Below the pieces are notes generated by a model that had not been told where the DNA came from, did not search any database, and saw only the letters and a program-made list of their open reading frames with translations. From Paraglomus brasilianum (Eukaryota): DNA of 43,412 bases. The stretch lies in NCBI GenBank assembly GCA_910592345.1, contig CAJVPI010000198.1, positions 1 through 43,412 on the forward strand, read 5' to 3'. The position numbers and the translations under genes were made by a program. Positions 25,501 to 37,318 of the stretch are shown here, piece by piece (within the stretch, counting starts at the first letter, position 1; the number at the start of each line of letters is the position of its first letter).

Positions 25501-25715
25501 TATCTTTCTATTAAAGAAGGGATTGATGCCGCATGACAATCTGTTCGTGTCTTTCGACTTCTATTGCATCGTAACAGTTAGACAAGTCATTGTAAATAGC
25601 AGCAAAGGAATCATCAATTCTTAGCAACTATGTCTTGCTGTTTTTTCCTATCTAACCGATAGGTTAATTAATATGATAGATTAAACAAAACCGGATTAAA
25701 ATGAAAATTTCTCTA

Positions 25716-26915
25716 CAGGGTGGTATCAAAAGTATTGCACGGTCGAAATTTAACTGATTCAATAAAATTATTAATATGAAACCCGTGTGATTCTTATACC
25801 ATATTTGCCTATATATTACTTAAATGGATTGTTGTTTATTGTTTTGATTTAATCTTTTACGGATCGTAAAAACGCGATTTAAAATTTTCTATCATTTTCA
25901 ATTTTTCGCGCAATGGGTCTTGGTAAAGAATTAACTTTTGCACAAAAGGAAAGCATTATTGCAGCCAAAAAATTAGGCCACAATAATACAGAAATTGCAA
26001 AAGTTGTAGGATGTCATCGAACGACAATTACAAGATATCTTGCAGCTTACGAATCAGGAGAACCTTCCAAGAAACGATCAGGTCGACCATGCTTGATCGA
26101 CAGTCAAAAAAGGCAAAGACTGAAGGCTATGGTTCTCAAAAACAAGGAAACAAGGCGAAAAAATCTAGCAGAAATTGCTAATATACATTCTGCAAAAAAA
26201 AATCTGTATTGACAATTCGTCGAGCACTTCAGAAAGAAAATTTACGTTCTTGTATTCCTCGGAAAAAACCTTTAATTTCAGCAATCAACAAATCCAAACG
26301 ACTTGCTTGGGCAATAGAAGGAAGACACTGGACTTTAGAAGATTGGAAAAAGTCTGATGAGTTTACGTTTTCACAGTTTCAAAAATCTGGTTGGGGAAGA
26401 GTGTGGAGAAAGCCAGAAGAGGAATTTCATGAAGATTGCATTGCATCAACGGTAAAACATTCTCCGCAAAGGATGTTTTGGGCGTGTTTTTCCTTTTTAA
26501 AATTAGGACTCCACTTAAAGGTTCATTAACTGGAAACGTATGCAAAGAGATACTTTCCACTTATGCAGTTCCCACACTCAAAGCATTTTTCAGGAAGAAA
26601 ATGCACCAGTTCACACATCGAAGATTGCACGAGAGTTTCTTCATTCTCAAAATATAGAATGGCCCGATCTCAACCCAATTGAGAACTTGTGGGCTGCCAA
26701 GTGTTGGTGAACTCGAAAAGGTAGTGAAAGATATTTAGGAAGCGATCCCGAAAAAAGTATATCGTGACTTGGTGCGATCAATGCCAAATAGAATTCAGGC
26801 TCTAATGGAGGACATACAAAATACTAAAGTACTAATTCCGAGTATTAACTGTTGTCTTAATAAAAATTTTTTTGTTACTAAAATAAAAGCGTGCAATACT
26901 TTTGATACCCCCCTG
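25716..26915 (+). mobile_element. Tc1/mariner DNA transposon, 1200 bp, non-autonomous
   Basis: 26-bp TIRs CAGGGTGGTATCAAAAGTATTGCACG (25716-25741) and its complement at 26890-26915 (1 mismatch). Flanked by TA at 25714-25715 and 26916-26917. Confidence 0.95.
25913..26828 (+). pseudogene. Frameshifted Tc1-family DDE transposase
   Basis: HTH (..NTEIAKVVGCHRTTITRYL..RSGRP), [59 protein letters not shown] and LVRSMPNRIQA are spread over several frames. Confidence 0.92.
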
Positions 26916-29139
26916 TACGTACGTAACAATAAGAAGAGCATTGGAGCGTTGGAACGTATTGAGAATGAGAAATATTCTACTCTTATTATAGTAAAATTGC
27001 TGCTACACTTTTTAATACTGTCTACTATCTAAATTAATATTGAATACGTTATCATATTTCTGATATACGAGTAAACCATTCTTGTGCCTGCTTGGCATGT
27101 TTGTGTATTCTCTACAGTTATGTACTTAGTATTTTGAAAGTCTATGTATTTACCGCATCGATCACCTGATTACCTGATGTTGCAGTATTTATCCCTGGTC
27201 ATCACGTTATACATTCTATGTCTTTAGTATTAGCATTAAGGAATTAACAACACGATAAAACCCCCCAATTGGTCTTAAATATAATAGTTTTCGTATCTTA
27301 TAATATAATAATAATACTAATATTCTTCTGTTTCCTCTAACATTGACATAGCATTGACATAGTTGTCCAATAGTATTAACTAAACATATATTATGTATTA
27401 ACAACTGTGGTGCTGCATCTGCTAGATAAAGTGATGAGTGAGCAAATTAATCACAAGAATCAAAATGTGTTTGTTGGGAAATTAAAATGTCTAAATGGTA
27501 GGCTTTTGAACAAAGCATTAAAGTGACTTGTGACAATATTACTGTAATGTGGAGGGCATAACAAAAATAATGCTATTTTTTCGAAATTCTCTCTTTGCTA
27601 TTTTTGATAACAAGCTTATAACGACATCTCGTTGAGCCCGCGAAATTTATTATAACAATATTTAGGATAATACTCCACTCCTCCATCATAAATCACCCTA
27701 TTTTTGGGGGGGTATCCGTTTACCCTTCACAATAATCCCATAAATTTAAGTCAGGACTGTCAGATGTATTCGGTTTTAGAATTAGCAAGGCGATTTGTTA
27801 TTGCATGTGTCTTGCCGAAACTTCCACTTACCCGCCCCAACCCTTTGATCAAATAAATGTTGCTGAAGAATTTTACACATCCTTAACTTTTCAAAAGCAA
27901 AATAAATTGGCGACATATACAATTTCCGGGGTTTGTTTGACACACTGCATTCAGCATAACATTTTTGTCATCATAAGCAAGCAGGAGAAATTAAGTTTCA
28001 ATACTTTCTTCTTTGTTTGCCAGTTCTGGTAGTATGGTATATGTTGAGAACTGCACTATAATAAGCTGAAATGAATTACTCTTCGTACATAAAGTTCTGA
28101 TGTTAAAACCCCCTCCCATTATATGAACAAAGGCGAGCGTTGTTGGGTTCAGGAAAAAGCAACTTATTAATAATAAATTATCGAAAAAGCCAATCCGCAA
28201 GGAAAATTTGGGTGAGAATAAAAAACGCTCAGAACCACAACAAGAAATAACTCCTCGTCTGTGTAAGAGAGCTTTAGGAAGTACTGGCTGCAGGGGGAAA
28301 AGCTTACGAGTCAATTAGTTCCTCTTCATAATCAAGAGTAAAACTAAAAATTCAGTAACAAAAAGACGCAAATTTAATAACACCGGAGCACCAGAATTAG
28401 AACAAAAACCAATAAGAGAGTAGACTTACTCGATCCAACTAGATTAGCATAGTGTAAGGAGAAAGCAAAATATAACTTGGGGGAAATCCATCCTAAAGTG
28501 CGTATGATATCAGATGTCCGCGCTTGGTCTAGTCTTGTCTCAAATAGCGAACACTAACAGTATTTCCCCCGAAATCTTTCCGTGCATCAATCTCTTATGT
28601 ATAATCCATATCAGTCGCTTCAATAGATATTATTATTATCAACTTTGAGAGAGTTTATTTACCCAATTTATTGTCTGGTAATGAGAAATGCCACTCGTAG
28701 TTTCTCTATCTGCAACATCTATAAACTCTCAAAACCACGAAAAACATCTTCAATAAAGAAACCCCTAAATCTACCTTCCTGTGATCTTAATACCACAAAA
28801 CATCTCACTCAATCCGAGAATAACATTCCTCAAACACTCTCTTCTCAATGACGCTCCTCATTCAAGAACGAATATAATACAAAGGGTTTTTTTCTTTTGT
28901 GAGAAGCATCAACAAGATTATAATGATCAAAATAAATGTATAAAATTTGTTATAAGTGAAGAGAATTTGTTATTTGTTTAAAGTAAAAGAACAACAATAT
29001 GTAAAAACAAAAAAAAAAGTACACAGAAGAAAAGGTAAATAAAAAAGATGAATAGTTGTGATGAATGAGTATTTATTTGTGATTAAGGCAGAGCCGATGA
29101 AGCGGATAGAAAGCGTCGTAGACATGGGATGGTGATAAT

Positions 29140-31405
29140 TTAGAAAGCTGTGGCGAGTTGGAAGGAAGATGTCGTCGCTGTAAAAGAAATAATTGAACGT
29201 GAGCGAGTGAAACATAGGGGGAAAAGCGTCCATTTTCCAATAGTAACAGTAAATTACATACCAATATCCCTGTATTCAGAAGTAACTATACCAGCTGGGA
29301 ATGCCAATAGGGTATTGTTCTCGTTTCCATCTAATTTTTTTTTTTTTTTAAAAAAAACCATTATGTTAGTCGTTGCCAATTACCGTCTGCCTTGTATCAT
29401 TAATCTCACTATTGATAACAAAACCAATAATTGATATCTTACATTGATCTCGTGTTGTTTCGTAGTCAGGATTGCATCTCCAGTCGTTGTCGATTACAAA
29501 CTTGAAAGTATGCTCCTTGTTGCGGTCGATGGGTATTGTCGCAACGAAATCACCGTTTGGAAGTTTTGTCATTTCGTTATTTGCTAAAAATTAATAACAA
29601 TATGTAGTGTATGGTTATTAAATAGCATTGGAATATTAAGAATAATTATCGAATAGCATAAAAGATCGTGTCTATATATCCAAAGCTAACTCACCTTGCC
29701 AGTTATCGAAATCGCCAGTAACGACAACTCTGTTGCCGCCGTGTTTCCAGTGGAAATCAACCGATACTATGGGATTGTTATCGAATTGTGCAGATGAAGT
29801 TTTCATTTCTGATGGAGCGTTGCTTGTGTTCTCTTCGGTGATCTGAGCAGGCTCATTTTCTTCGGGATATGATTTAGGCTCATGTTCTTCGTGCTCTGCA
29901 TCGCTAACAACTGTACTTTCGCCATCGGACAATTCGTTAAGGGCGGTCTCTGGTTGCGGAAGGGTCTCAACTTCATTGTCGACATGTACTTGTTCATCGA
30001 GATTCTCTTCAATGTTTGTTTCTTCGATTTCCACTTTGTCGACTTCGACTTCACTGATACTAGTCTCTACAGTTTCTGTTATTACAATCTCTTCCGTTTC
30101 GGCGACTTCTTTTTCTGTGAACTCGGCAGTCTCCTCGATTTCCGTCTCTATAACTTCAGTTTCTACAGCTTTCACTTCGTCGACATGGACTTCATCGACA
30201 TGGACTTCATCAACTTCCTTATCGACTTCGACCTCAGCAACATGGACTTCATCGATTTGGACTTCCTCGGTTTCGACTTCCTCGGTTTCGACCTCAGAGG
30301 CATGGACTTCATCGATTTGGACTTCCTCGATTTCGACCTCAGAGGCATGGACTTCATCGATTTGGACTTCCTCGGTTTCGACTTCCTCGGTTTCGACCTC
30401 AGAGACATGGACTTCATCGATTTGGACTTCCTCGGTTTCGACTTCCTCGGTTTCGACCTCAGAGACATGGACTTCCTCGGTTTCGACTTCCTCGGTTTCG
30501 ATTTCCTCGGTTTGGACTTCCTCGGTTTGGACTTCCTCGGTTTCGATTTCCTCGGTTTCGATTTCCTCGGTTTCGACTTCCTCGGTTTCGACTTCCTCGG
30601 TTTCGACTTCCTCGGTTTGGACTTCCTCAGTTTCGACCTCAGCGACATGGACTTCATCGACATGGACCTCATCGACTTCAACCTTATTGACTTCGACTTC
30701 GACATGGACTTCATTAGACTCGACTTCGACCTCAGCGACTTCGACATTATCGATTTCAACCTCAGCGACATGGACTTCATTAACCTCAACTTCATCAACT
30801 TCGACATTATCGATTTCGACCTCAGCGACATGGACTTCATTAACCTCATCGACTTCGATCTCGGCGACAGGGGCTTCATTAACCTCAACTTCAACTTCAA
30901 CTTCTTCAACTTCAACTTCTTCATCAGCTTTAACTTCTTCATCAACTTCAACTTCATCGTCAAACCCATCGAAGACATCATCGACTTGGACTTCCGTCTC
31001 TTCAACTTTCTCGTCGACCTGTTCAGTGATTTTAATCTCGTCGACTATAGGTGGTGTAGTAATCTCTCTATTGACGTTGATTTCATAGATTTCCTCATTG
31101 AATTTAATTCCTTCGAATCTTGATTTGTTGAATTCCACCTCTCTGACTTTCACATCTTCGACCTCTCTTCCTCTGATTTTTTCGACTTCGATAAGGCCAG
31201 CCGTAAAATCGCCATTTGATGGGGGGATTACATGTAAAGTGCCCCTTTGATTTTTGATAGCATTCACACTCACAGTTATGACAGCAGTATCTTCGCCTTT
31301 GATGATACTGAGAGTTTTTAAGAGTATGGCGAGAACAAGGTTTAGAAAGATAGTGAGGGCGCGGTCCAACCAGTAGCCGGGAGAGAGAGCACGTGGGATG
31401 GCCAT
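29140..31405 (-). CDS. N-terminal hydrophobic anchor + Glu/Val-rich repeat + C-terminal CBM48 (AMPK-beta/Crp1-Mdg1-type glycogen-binding) protein
   Basis: Exons 31405-29695, 29583-29443, 29330-29262 and probably 29177-29140, all with GT-AG phase-1 introns. The spliced C-terminus VDFHWKHGGNRVVVTGDFDNWQANNEMTKLPNGDFVATIPI..TFKFVIDNDWRCNPDYETTRDQYGNENNTL has the G.F..W, FKF..D..W and GN.NN motifs. If the last intron is retained the stop is at 29254. Confidence 0.85.
30170..30950 (-). repeat. Coding minisatellite array (15-bp EEVET/DEVHV units with 45-60-bp higher-order repeats)
   Basis: TTTCGACTTCCTCGG tandem units at ~30475-30630, plus repeated CATGGACTTCATCGATTTGGACTTCCTCG blocks. Confidence 0.92.
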
Positions 31406-34400
31406 TTAGATATTAGTGGGAGATGATAATTGACAGTAAGGTGTGAGAAGTCAAGAGGTGGATACAAAAATTTTTAATAGAGAAGATGAGAAAGAGAGAG
31501 GGAAGGAGAAGGGAGGGATTGGTTGAGGAGGTCGAGTTGATGGGTATTCTAACGTTTGAATGGATGACAAACAGCCTTGAATTTTCGTTATAATTAACCA
31601 ATGAATTCCCTACAGTCCTCAAAGTTGAAAATACGGTATGAAAAATCTTTCTCAATTGCGACAGAGTGTCATCAAAGAGAGAATGGGAGTGGGGGGAAAG
31701 GGGGGGGCCAAGACGAACAAGGCTATTTGTACTTTTCGATAACCTGTTTCATGATTGATATCGGCGATATGGGATGGTTGCCACCAACAACAGATGAAAA
31801 GTCCGCAAATGGTTGTAATTTTCTGGGGAGGTCGTGTATTGGCTTATCATAGCTAATGCTGTTGTCGCCCAAGTGCAGTTGGTGCGGGGTGAGGGAAGTG
31901 GGGGGGGACGAGGGGTCGTAGGGGTGTGGGTGTGTGAGTATGGTGTGGGTGTGTGTATGTGTTGGATGTATTGGTGTGATGTGGGTGTGATGTGGGTGTG
32001 AATGGGAGTAATAAGGGGTATTGAGCGGATGTATATTGTATTCAGTATAAAATGATGTTTTTCATATAATGCCATTGTAATCTTAAATGTAAAAAGGGCA
32101 AACAGTAACATACAATCGAACAATCAAACAGTTCATTGAAGACAATAGAATATGCTTCATATAGTACAGCGTATACTCTTTTCTCTTTTTCCTACATAAA
32201 AACTTATTTTAATTTTAACGTTTGTGTTTTTATAAGCCACACAGTATGCAGGATTTTATTTGTAAAAAAAAAAAAAAAAACTTGCTGTAAATCGAATAAA
32301 GCAGGCTGGTAGATCATGACAGTGCATGTTTCATATGCTTCGGGTAATGGCTGGAGAGATAGATGGGCTAGATAGCGAAAAGTAGTAAATCTGGAGCACA
32401 ACGGATTCGCTGATAGCAGAAAATGTGACGGTCATAATGATATGATTACAAATCTTGTGATTATCGTCGCGTGTTGTGGGCTACTTTACCTCTACTCGGT
32501 TAGCAATTTACTATCATTAGCCGTCCGACAATGCTTATCAACTATGACGTAACAAGCTGCATACCGAAACACGTTATCAACAGCATCAATGCTTATCGAT
32601 TGCCATTCTTTGTTCTTCCGGCATACAAGCCTTCATTACCAACAGAGTGCATACATGCACACATACCATCTCATTAGCCGCATCTAGTCGATCTCTTATC
32701 TACGTGCTCGCCTGTTTCCTGTCTACTAAAACGTTTGCGCGCTTATGCTGCTGCCGACAAACATGGTCTTGTATGAAATAGGTAAATAATTTGGGTATGC
32801 AGTCCTTTCTTGATCGGCTGTGGTCTGATCCAAAATAGACATGAAGAATGGAAGGTATTGTGGAAGAAGCAAAATGATTGACAATGCTATGCTATATATA
32901 ATCCCACTAATACTTTATCATGTGAAAATAAAAGCAATTTGGCATGGCGTATAGAGTGTGTGAGATCAACGAATAGAGGCGGTAATTTATAACGATTGCA
33001 CCATTGCAGCACAACTTTTAACAATAACACGCACAAAAAAATACAGGAATTCAATTTGTTACCATTATTATCGATGCTTAAACAACTTGGTACCGTCAGA
33101 ACGAATACCCAATAAAAATTCATTGATATCACGTTGACTCGGCATTTTACAGAATTGGTGCACTACAACGAAAAAAAAAAAAAAAGAAAAAAAAAAAAAA
33201 AAAAGCTGCGACGAATTAATTGATTATCATATTCAATGCTGGCTTAAACAACTATTTCCATCCGGGACGGTACTGTCCCGATTTTTCCCACTATTTCCGC
33301 TTTTCGGCATTCACAACTTTTGGGTTTATATTAAACCCTCGCAGCGTTGGTGTGTCGCATTATAAAGTTTGACGGAATTAACTGATGGGAACCTATTAAT
33401 GCATGCCATGCATCTAGTAATATCTCGCTAACAGCGCAAACAGTTCCAACGTGTCTTGATTCACTGAATGTCGACTGTATAGTGGTAGTGATGAAAATGC
33501 ACCGAGTATGCTAAATGGAATGATTTCGGCATCATTATTATTTAACCGGATCGGGTGTCTATCATGAAGCCATATCTCATATTGAGATACAAAGATACTG
33601 ATTTACTAATTGTCTCGCTTTTAGCAGATTGTTATAGTTAGGAGAATCATGATAAGTAAGTTCATGTGATCATATCATCAATAGGAATGTCGCGACCATT
33701 ACCATCGTTACTTAAGTTATATTGATGTGCTTCCGATAATTTATTTAAACCCATCAAGCTACGTCAAAAACTGATCTGCTCTGCATCATCATGCATTATA
33801 AGAATTCTCCAAATGATGGGGTTGTCATAATATTCAACTTTTCACGATTGGCTAATATACGACGTCTTTGTCAGTTTATTGATGTCTAATCTAAACCTAA
33901 TTATGGACTAAGATTCAAATCAAATACATACTCTGGAAAATAATTGGTAATAATTAATTAGCAACAATAAATTATCTATTTTATCTGGTAAATCTATTAG
34001 ACGATGTAACATTGCAATCGTTAACTGATTATGGTATTCAGTTTTACACGGATTAGAGTATATTCACTTGGATAATTTTGTATAAAGTGTAGAATATTAA
34101 TATGGTAAAAGCGTATCTTTGACCATGGTGCATGGTGTGTATGTGAGAGTACAGTCCGCCAAATAGCAAACACTTGAAAATATATCGTTGGCGTAAATGC
34201 CAATTACACCAATAACGTGGGGACAGTCGGTTAAATACAGTCAGTATATACTGCATAATGTATAAAGTATTATGTGTAACTTTATGTCGTTATTTTAATA
34301 TCTGCCAATGTTTCATATCTACAGCATGCCATGCATGTAAGAAATAGGTCGAGAAAACAATCAACTGACCCATCTCCACGTGACTAGTTTGTTCAAAATT

Positions 34401-34531
34401 TTTCCCGTGAATTCGAAACAAACGCGTCGCACGTTTCGTTTGGATACGGGAGAATTACTTCATTTGTTAATCAAGCAGTAGAAAAAGAGTTAAAGCAATT
34501 GAAAAAGCGCTTAATTGCTGCTCACCAAAGA

Positions 34532-34897
34532 ATGGCCAAAAATCAAAAATCAAAGCAAGAGCTAGCCATCAGGCATGACTATGATAAAGGGAAAAGAGCG
34601 CGCCATATCAAGCAAGCGTTACAGCACTCGAAGCAAAAACCAACAAGCAACATTCGTCAATCCAAGCTGTCACCTGAGTCGATGATCCAGAAGCATTTCA
34701 AAGGATGGAAGACTTCTTTGGAATCCCCAATTCTTGATATATTAAAGTTCCGTCGAGGAAGAGACGACTTCACGTTTGACAAATCCACAGAACCTTTTTG
34801 TTTAAATTGCTTCTCTTTTTGGCTTTTTTATTCAAAACACCATTTCATCTATCAAGGGCAGAGTAGCAGTTTAACTATAAAGGTTTATGCTTACTAA
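34532..34897 (+). CDS. Possible small basic hypothetical protein (121 aa), convergent with the F-box gene
   Basis: ATG at 34532 opens a K/R/Q-rich ORF with no recognisable domain. It overlaps the F-box stop by 23 bp. Confidence 0.25.
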   Translation: MAKNQKSKQELAIRHDYDKGKRARHIKQALQHSKQKPTSNIRQSKLSPESMIQKHFKGWKTSLESPILDILKFRRGRDDFTFDKSTEPFCLNCFSFWLFYSKHHFIYQGQSSSLTIKVYAY

Positions 34898-35942
34898 ATG
34901 TCATATCGAATCGGATATCAATTTTGTCTCCGTATTTCCTTTGCAACAGATTCCGAGTGCTTTTGTGTGTCCAAGAATTATGTTTGAATTTGATCTGTTG
35001 TAACTGTGGTAAATTGGCCTCGAAAATGGAACGTAATCCTCTTTCCGTTGATATGCGACAGAAATGCACACAAATACTTGTTAATCGATGAAACACCATT
35101 GGTTCGTTATCTAAATCATCTGAACAGAATTCAACTTTTTTCACGTCAATTGATTCCAGAGAATCTGACTGTGACTCCAATAATTTAAACAGTGATCTCA
35201 TACTGGTCCTTAGATTCCGTAATTGAATGCTCTTTAATTGATGCTGAGACTGTACCAATGTTCGCAAATCGTGACGCGACATTTTGTCAAAGTCGTAGTC
35301 TTCTTTATCATGAAAATCGATGTGAATGGATTCCAGATTGCGTGCAACCCTAGAAAGTTTGGCGAATATACCAACACAGATCCTTAAATTCCAATTCAGT
35401 GTTCTCAACTGTGGGAGATTTTCTACAGAACGTAGAAATTGACCCTCACAAGTGCAACTGTCGATAGAGTTGCGTCCCGATAATACGAAAGAGAGAGTTT
35501 TAAGATTGTGGCAATATTTAACTGCCAAACGAACGATTTGCATCAATTTACGATAACCATCAACTTCCACGACTCTACGCCAATATTTAATCAAAAGCTC
35601 GAGTTCTCTTAAATCGATCTCCTTCAAGTAACGACTGTAATCAAGCAGAGGCGTTTTAATATATTTCCTGCGCAGTCGTTTTGCTTTCATGAGAACTTCG
35701 ACATCAGTAAAACACTCGACAAATGTGGTCATAAGATTGTCTACTGCATGTTTGCTTTGACTCCAATCTCCAGACAACCATTTTTTGAAGCAGAATAAGC
35801 CGAAAGGGTTGGCCCATAGGTATTGCATAGCGACCGTACACCAACTTTTGTTAACTAATACGCAAGAATGAAGCGTATGAGAATTGTCTGCGTGCTCATC
35901 CAAAATCATGAAAAGAAGTTCGCTAGGCAAAGTAGAAGCCAT
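34875..35942 (-). CDS. F-box protein with RNI-like leucine-rich repeats (~355 aa)
   Basis: MASTLPSELLFMILDE..TLHSCVLVNKSWCTVAMQYLWANPF (F-box), PLLDYSRYLKEIDL, then LxxLxL repeats (CHNLKTLSF, LPQLRTLNW, NLESIHI, QLKSIQL). Upstream in-frame ATGs exist up to 35999. Confidence 0.9.
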   Translation of the reverse strand: MASTLPSELLFMILDEHADNSHTLHSCVLVNKSWCTVAMQYLWANPFGLFCFKKWLSGDWSQSKHAVDNLMTTFVECFTDVEVLMKAKRLRRKYIKTPLLDYSRYLKEIDLRELELLIKYWRRVVEVDGYRKLMQIVRLAVKYCHNLKTLSFVLSGRNSIDSCTCEGQFLRSVENLPQLRTLNWNLRICVGIFAKLSRVARNLESIHIDFHDKEDYDFDKMSRHDLRTLVQSQHQLKSIQLRNLRTSMRSLFKLLESQSDSLESIDVKKVEFCSDDLDNEPMVFHRLTSICVHFCRISTERGLRSIFEANLPQLQQIKFKHNSWTHKSTRNLLQRKYGDKIDIRFDMTFSKHKPL

Positions 35943-37318
35943 GTTTTTAGAAGCCGTGTTTTTACAAGCCATCAAGTGTGGAATTTGCGTTTGATACATC
36001 CGCAGTAAAAATCACATTCCCATCTTGGAAATTGATCTGCCTATATTCTTGCTGGCATCGCTTTCGCAAACTTGGTTGTTAGATAACCAATTGATTACAT
36101 TAAACGTAACCGTTTTCAGCGATAAGGTCTGAGCAATATGCGAGATATGTATACTTTGAATCATTGCAGATACCAGTTCACATAGAATAGTCTATCATTA
36201 CCAGAATAAGGGCGCGTTTATTTGAAATACCATGTATGATATATTCGGTCAAATAAACTCGGATGATACAATATAATATACGATAATTCTCATTTTCAGT
36301 GTAAGACGTATTGTATTGCATGTGGACGGCAATGATAAACTGTTGGAGAGGGACTATCGAACCGTGCGTTTATAACTGGTCGATCTAACGCGTTCTAGCT
36401 TGGCACATATGTACAATAAACGCATTTTATTTCGCGTTTTTGATTGTCTGGATGACATTGAAACACTTGTTGATATTAAGATATTAAGAAGAGCATTTTG
36501 TCAACAGCGTGCTCGGATATTCGTTAATAGCCTCATAACAGATTGTGTTGACGACACGAGCTAAATGCCAGGAACCATAGAATCAGCTGTAGCACAACGC
36601 AAAAGCCTTGTTATTGGTCAAGAAGCGAAAACAGTCTTTGTGCGATACCTTTGATCTTGTCATATACCATAGCGAGATGCGACACAAGTTTTATTACAAC
36701 GCAATATTGTACAAATTTAGTGTTATTCCCAATTAAGAAGAACGGAACTAATTAGCGTTGGCAAAAATTGCTTAGATTATTGAATGTAACTTACTTTTAT
36801 CCAACAATCTCAAAATGTATGGGATTTGCTCATTGATAATTCGTGTCTCTGATGGTCAGAGTCTAGAGAGACCTTAATATAGAAGACTGTCATGACTACA
36901 CGACGATATGATTGTCTTTATCAGGCACGCTTATAATATTTGGCGTGAGTATTTTTGTCAATATATGTCCCTACATATCATTGGCTCCTCCCTTTATTTT
37001 CCGCGAATAGCAATGGAGCCACCTAAGTTAAACTCCGGGGTTAGCTTAAAGGACAAAAGACAATGCATTAATTACTTTACAATGGCAATAACGCTATTGC
37101 TGTTGTTTCTTGGTCTGGCTATAGTAATATTAATAGGATGACTATATCTTACAAATTCCCTTTTTGCGGAATCCGAAAAGAAGCTAATAATGGCGACTAG
37201 CTAATTTTCATTGTGCGAGTGCTAGATATGGGAAACCACAGTCACAAAGACACGTGCCACACGAAGTCAATAAGAAGCCACAGAACCATAATCGACGTTC
37301 CCTCGCTTTTACTGCGCT

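Noticed and set aside
29882..31123. Long alternative-frame and antisense ORFs (FDFLG, STSSV and RKSKP repeats)
   Set aside because: By-products of a stop-free 15-bp repeat. Only the E/V-rich frame splices into the CBM48 domain.
31895..32010. TG1-3-like tract as an interstitial telomere
   Set aside because: Irregular GT-rich low complexity with no fixed unit such as TTAGGG.
33171..33204. Poly(A) run as a retroposon tail
   Set aside because: No recognisable SINE/LINE body or flanking duplication.
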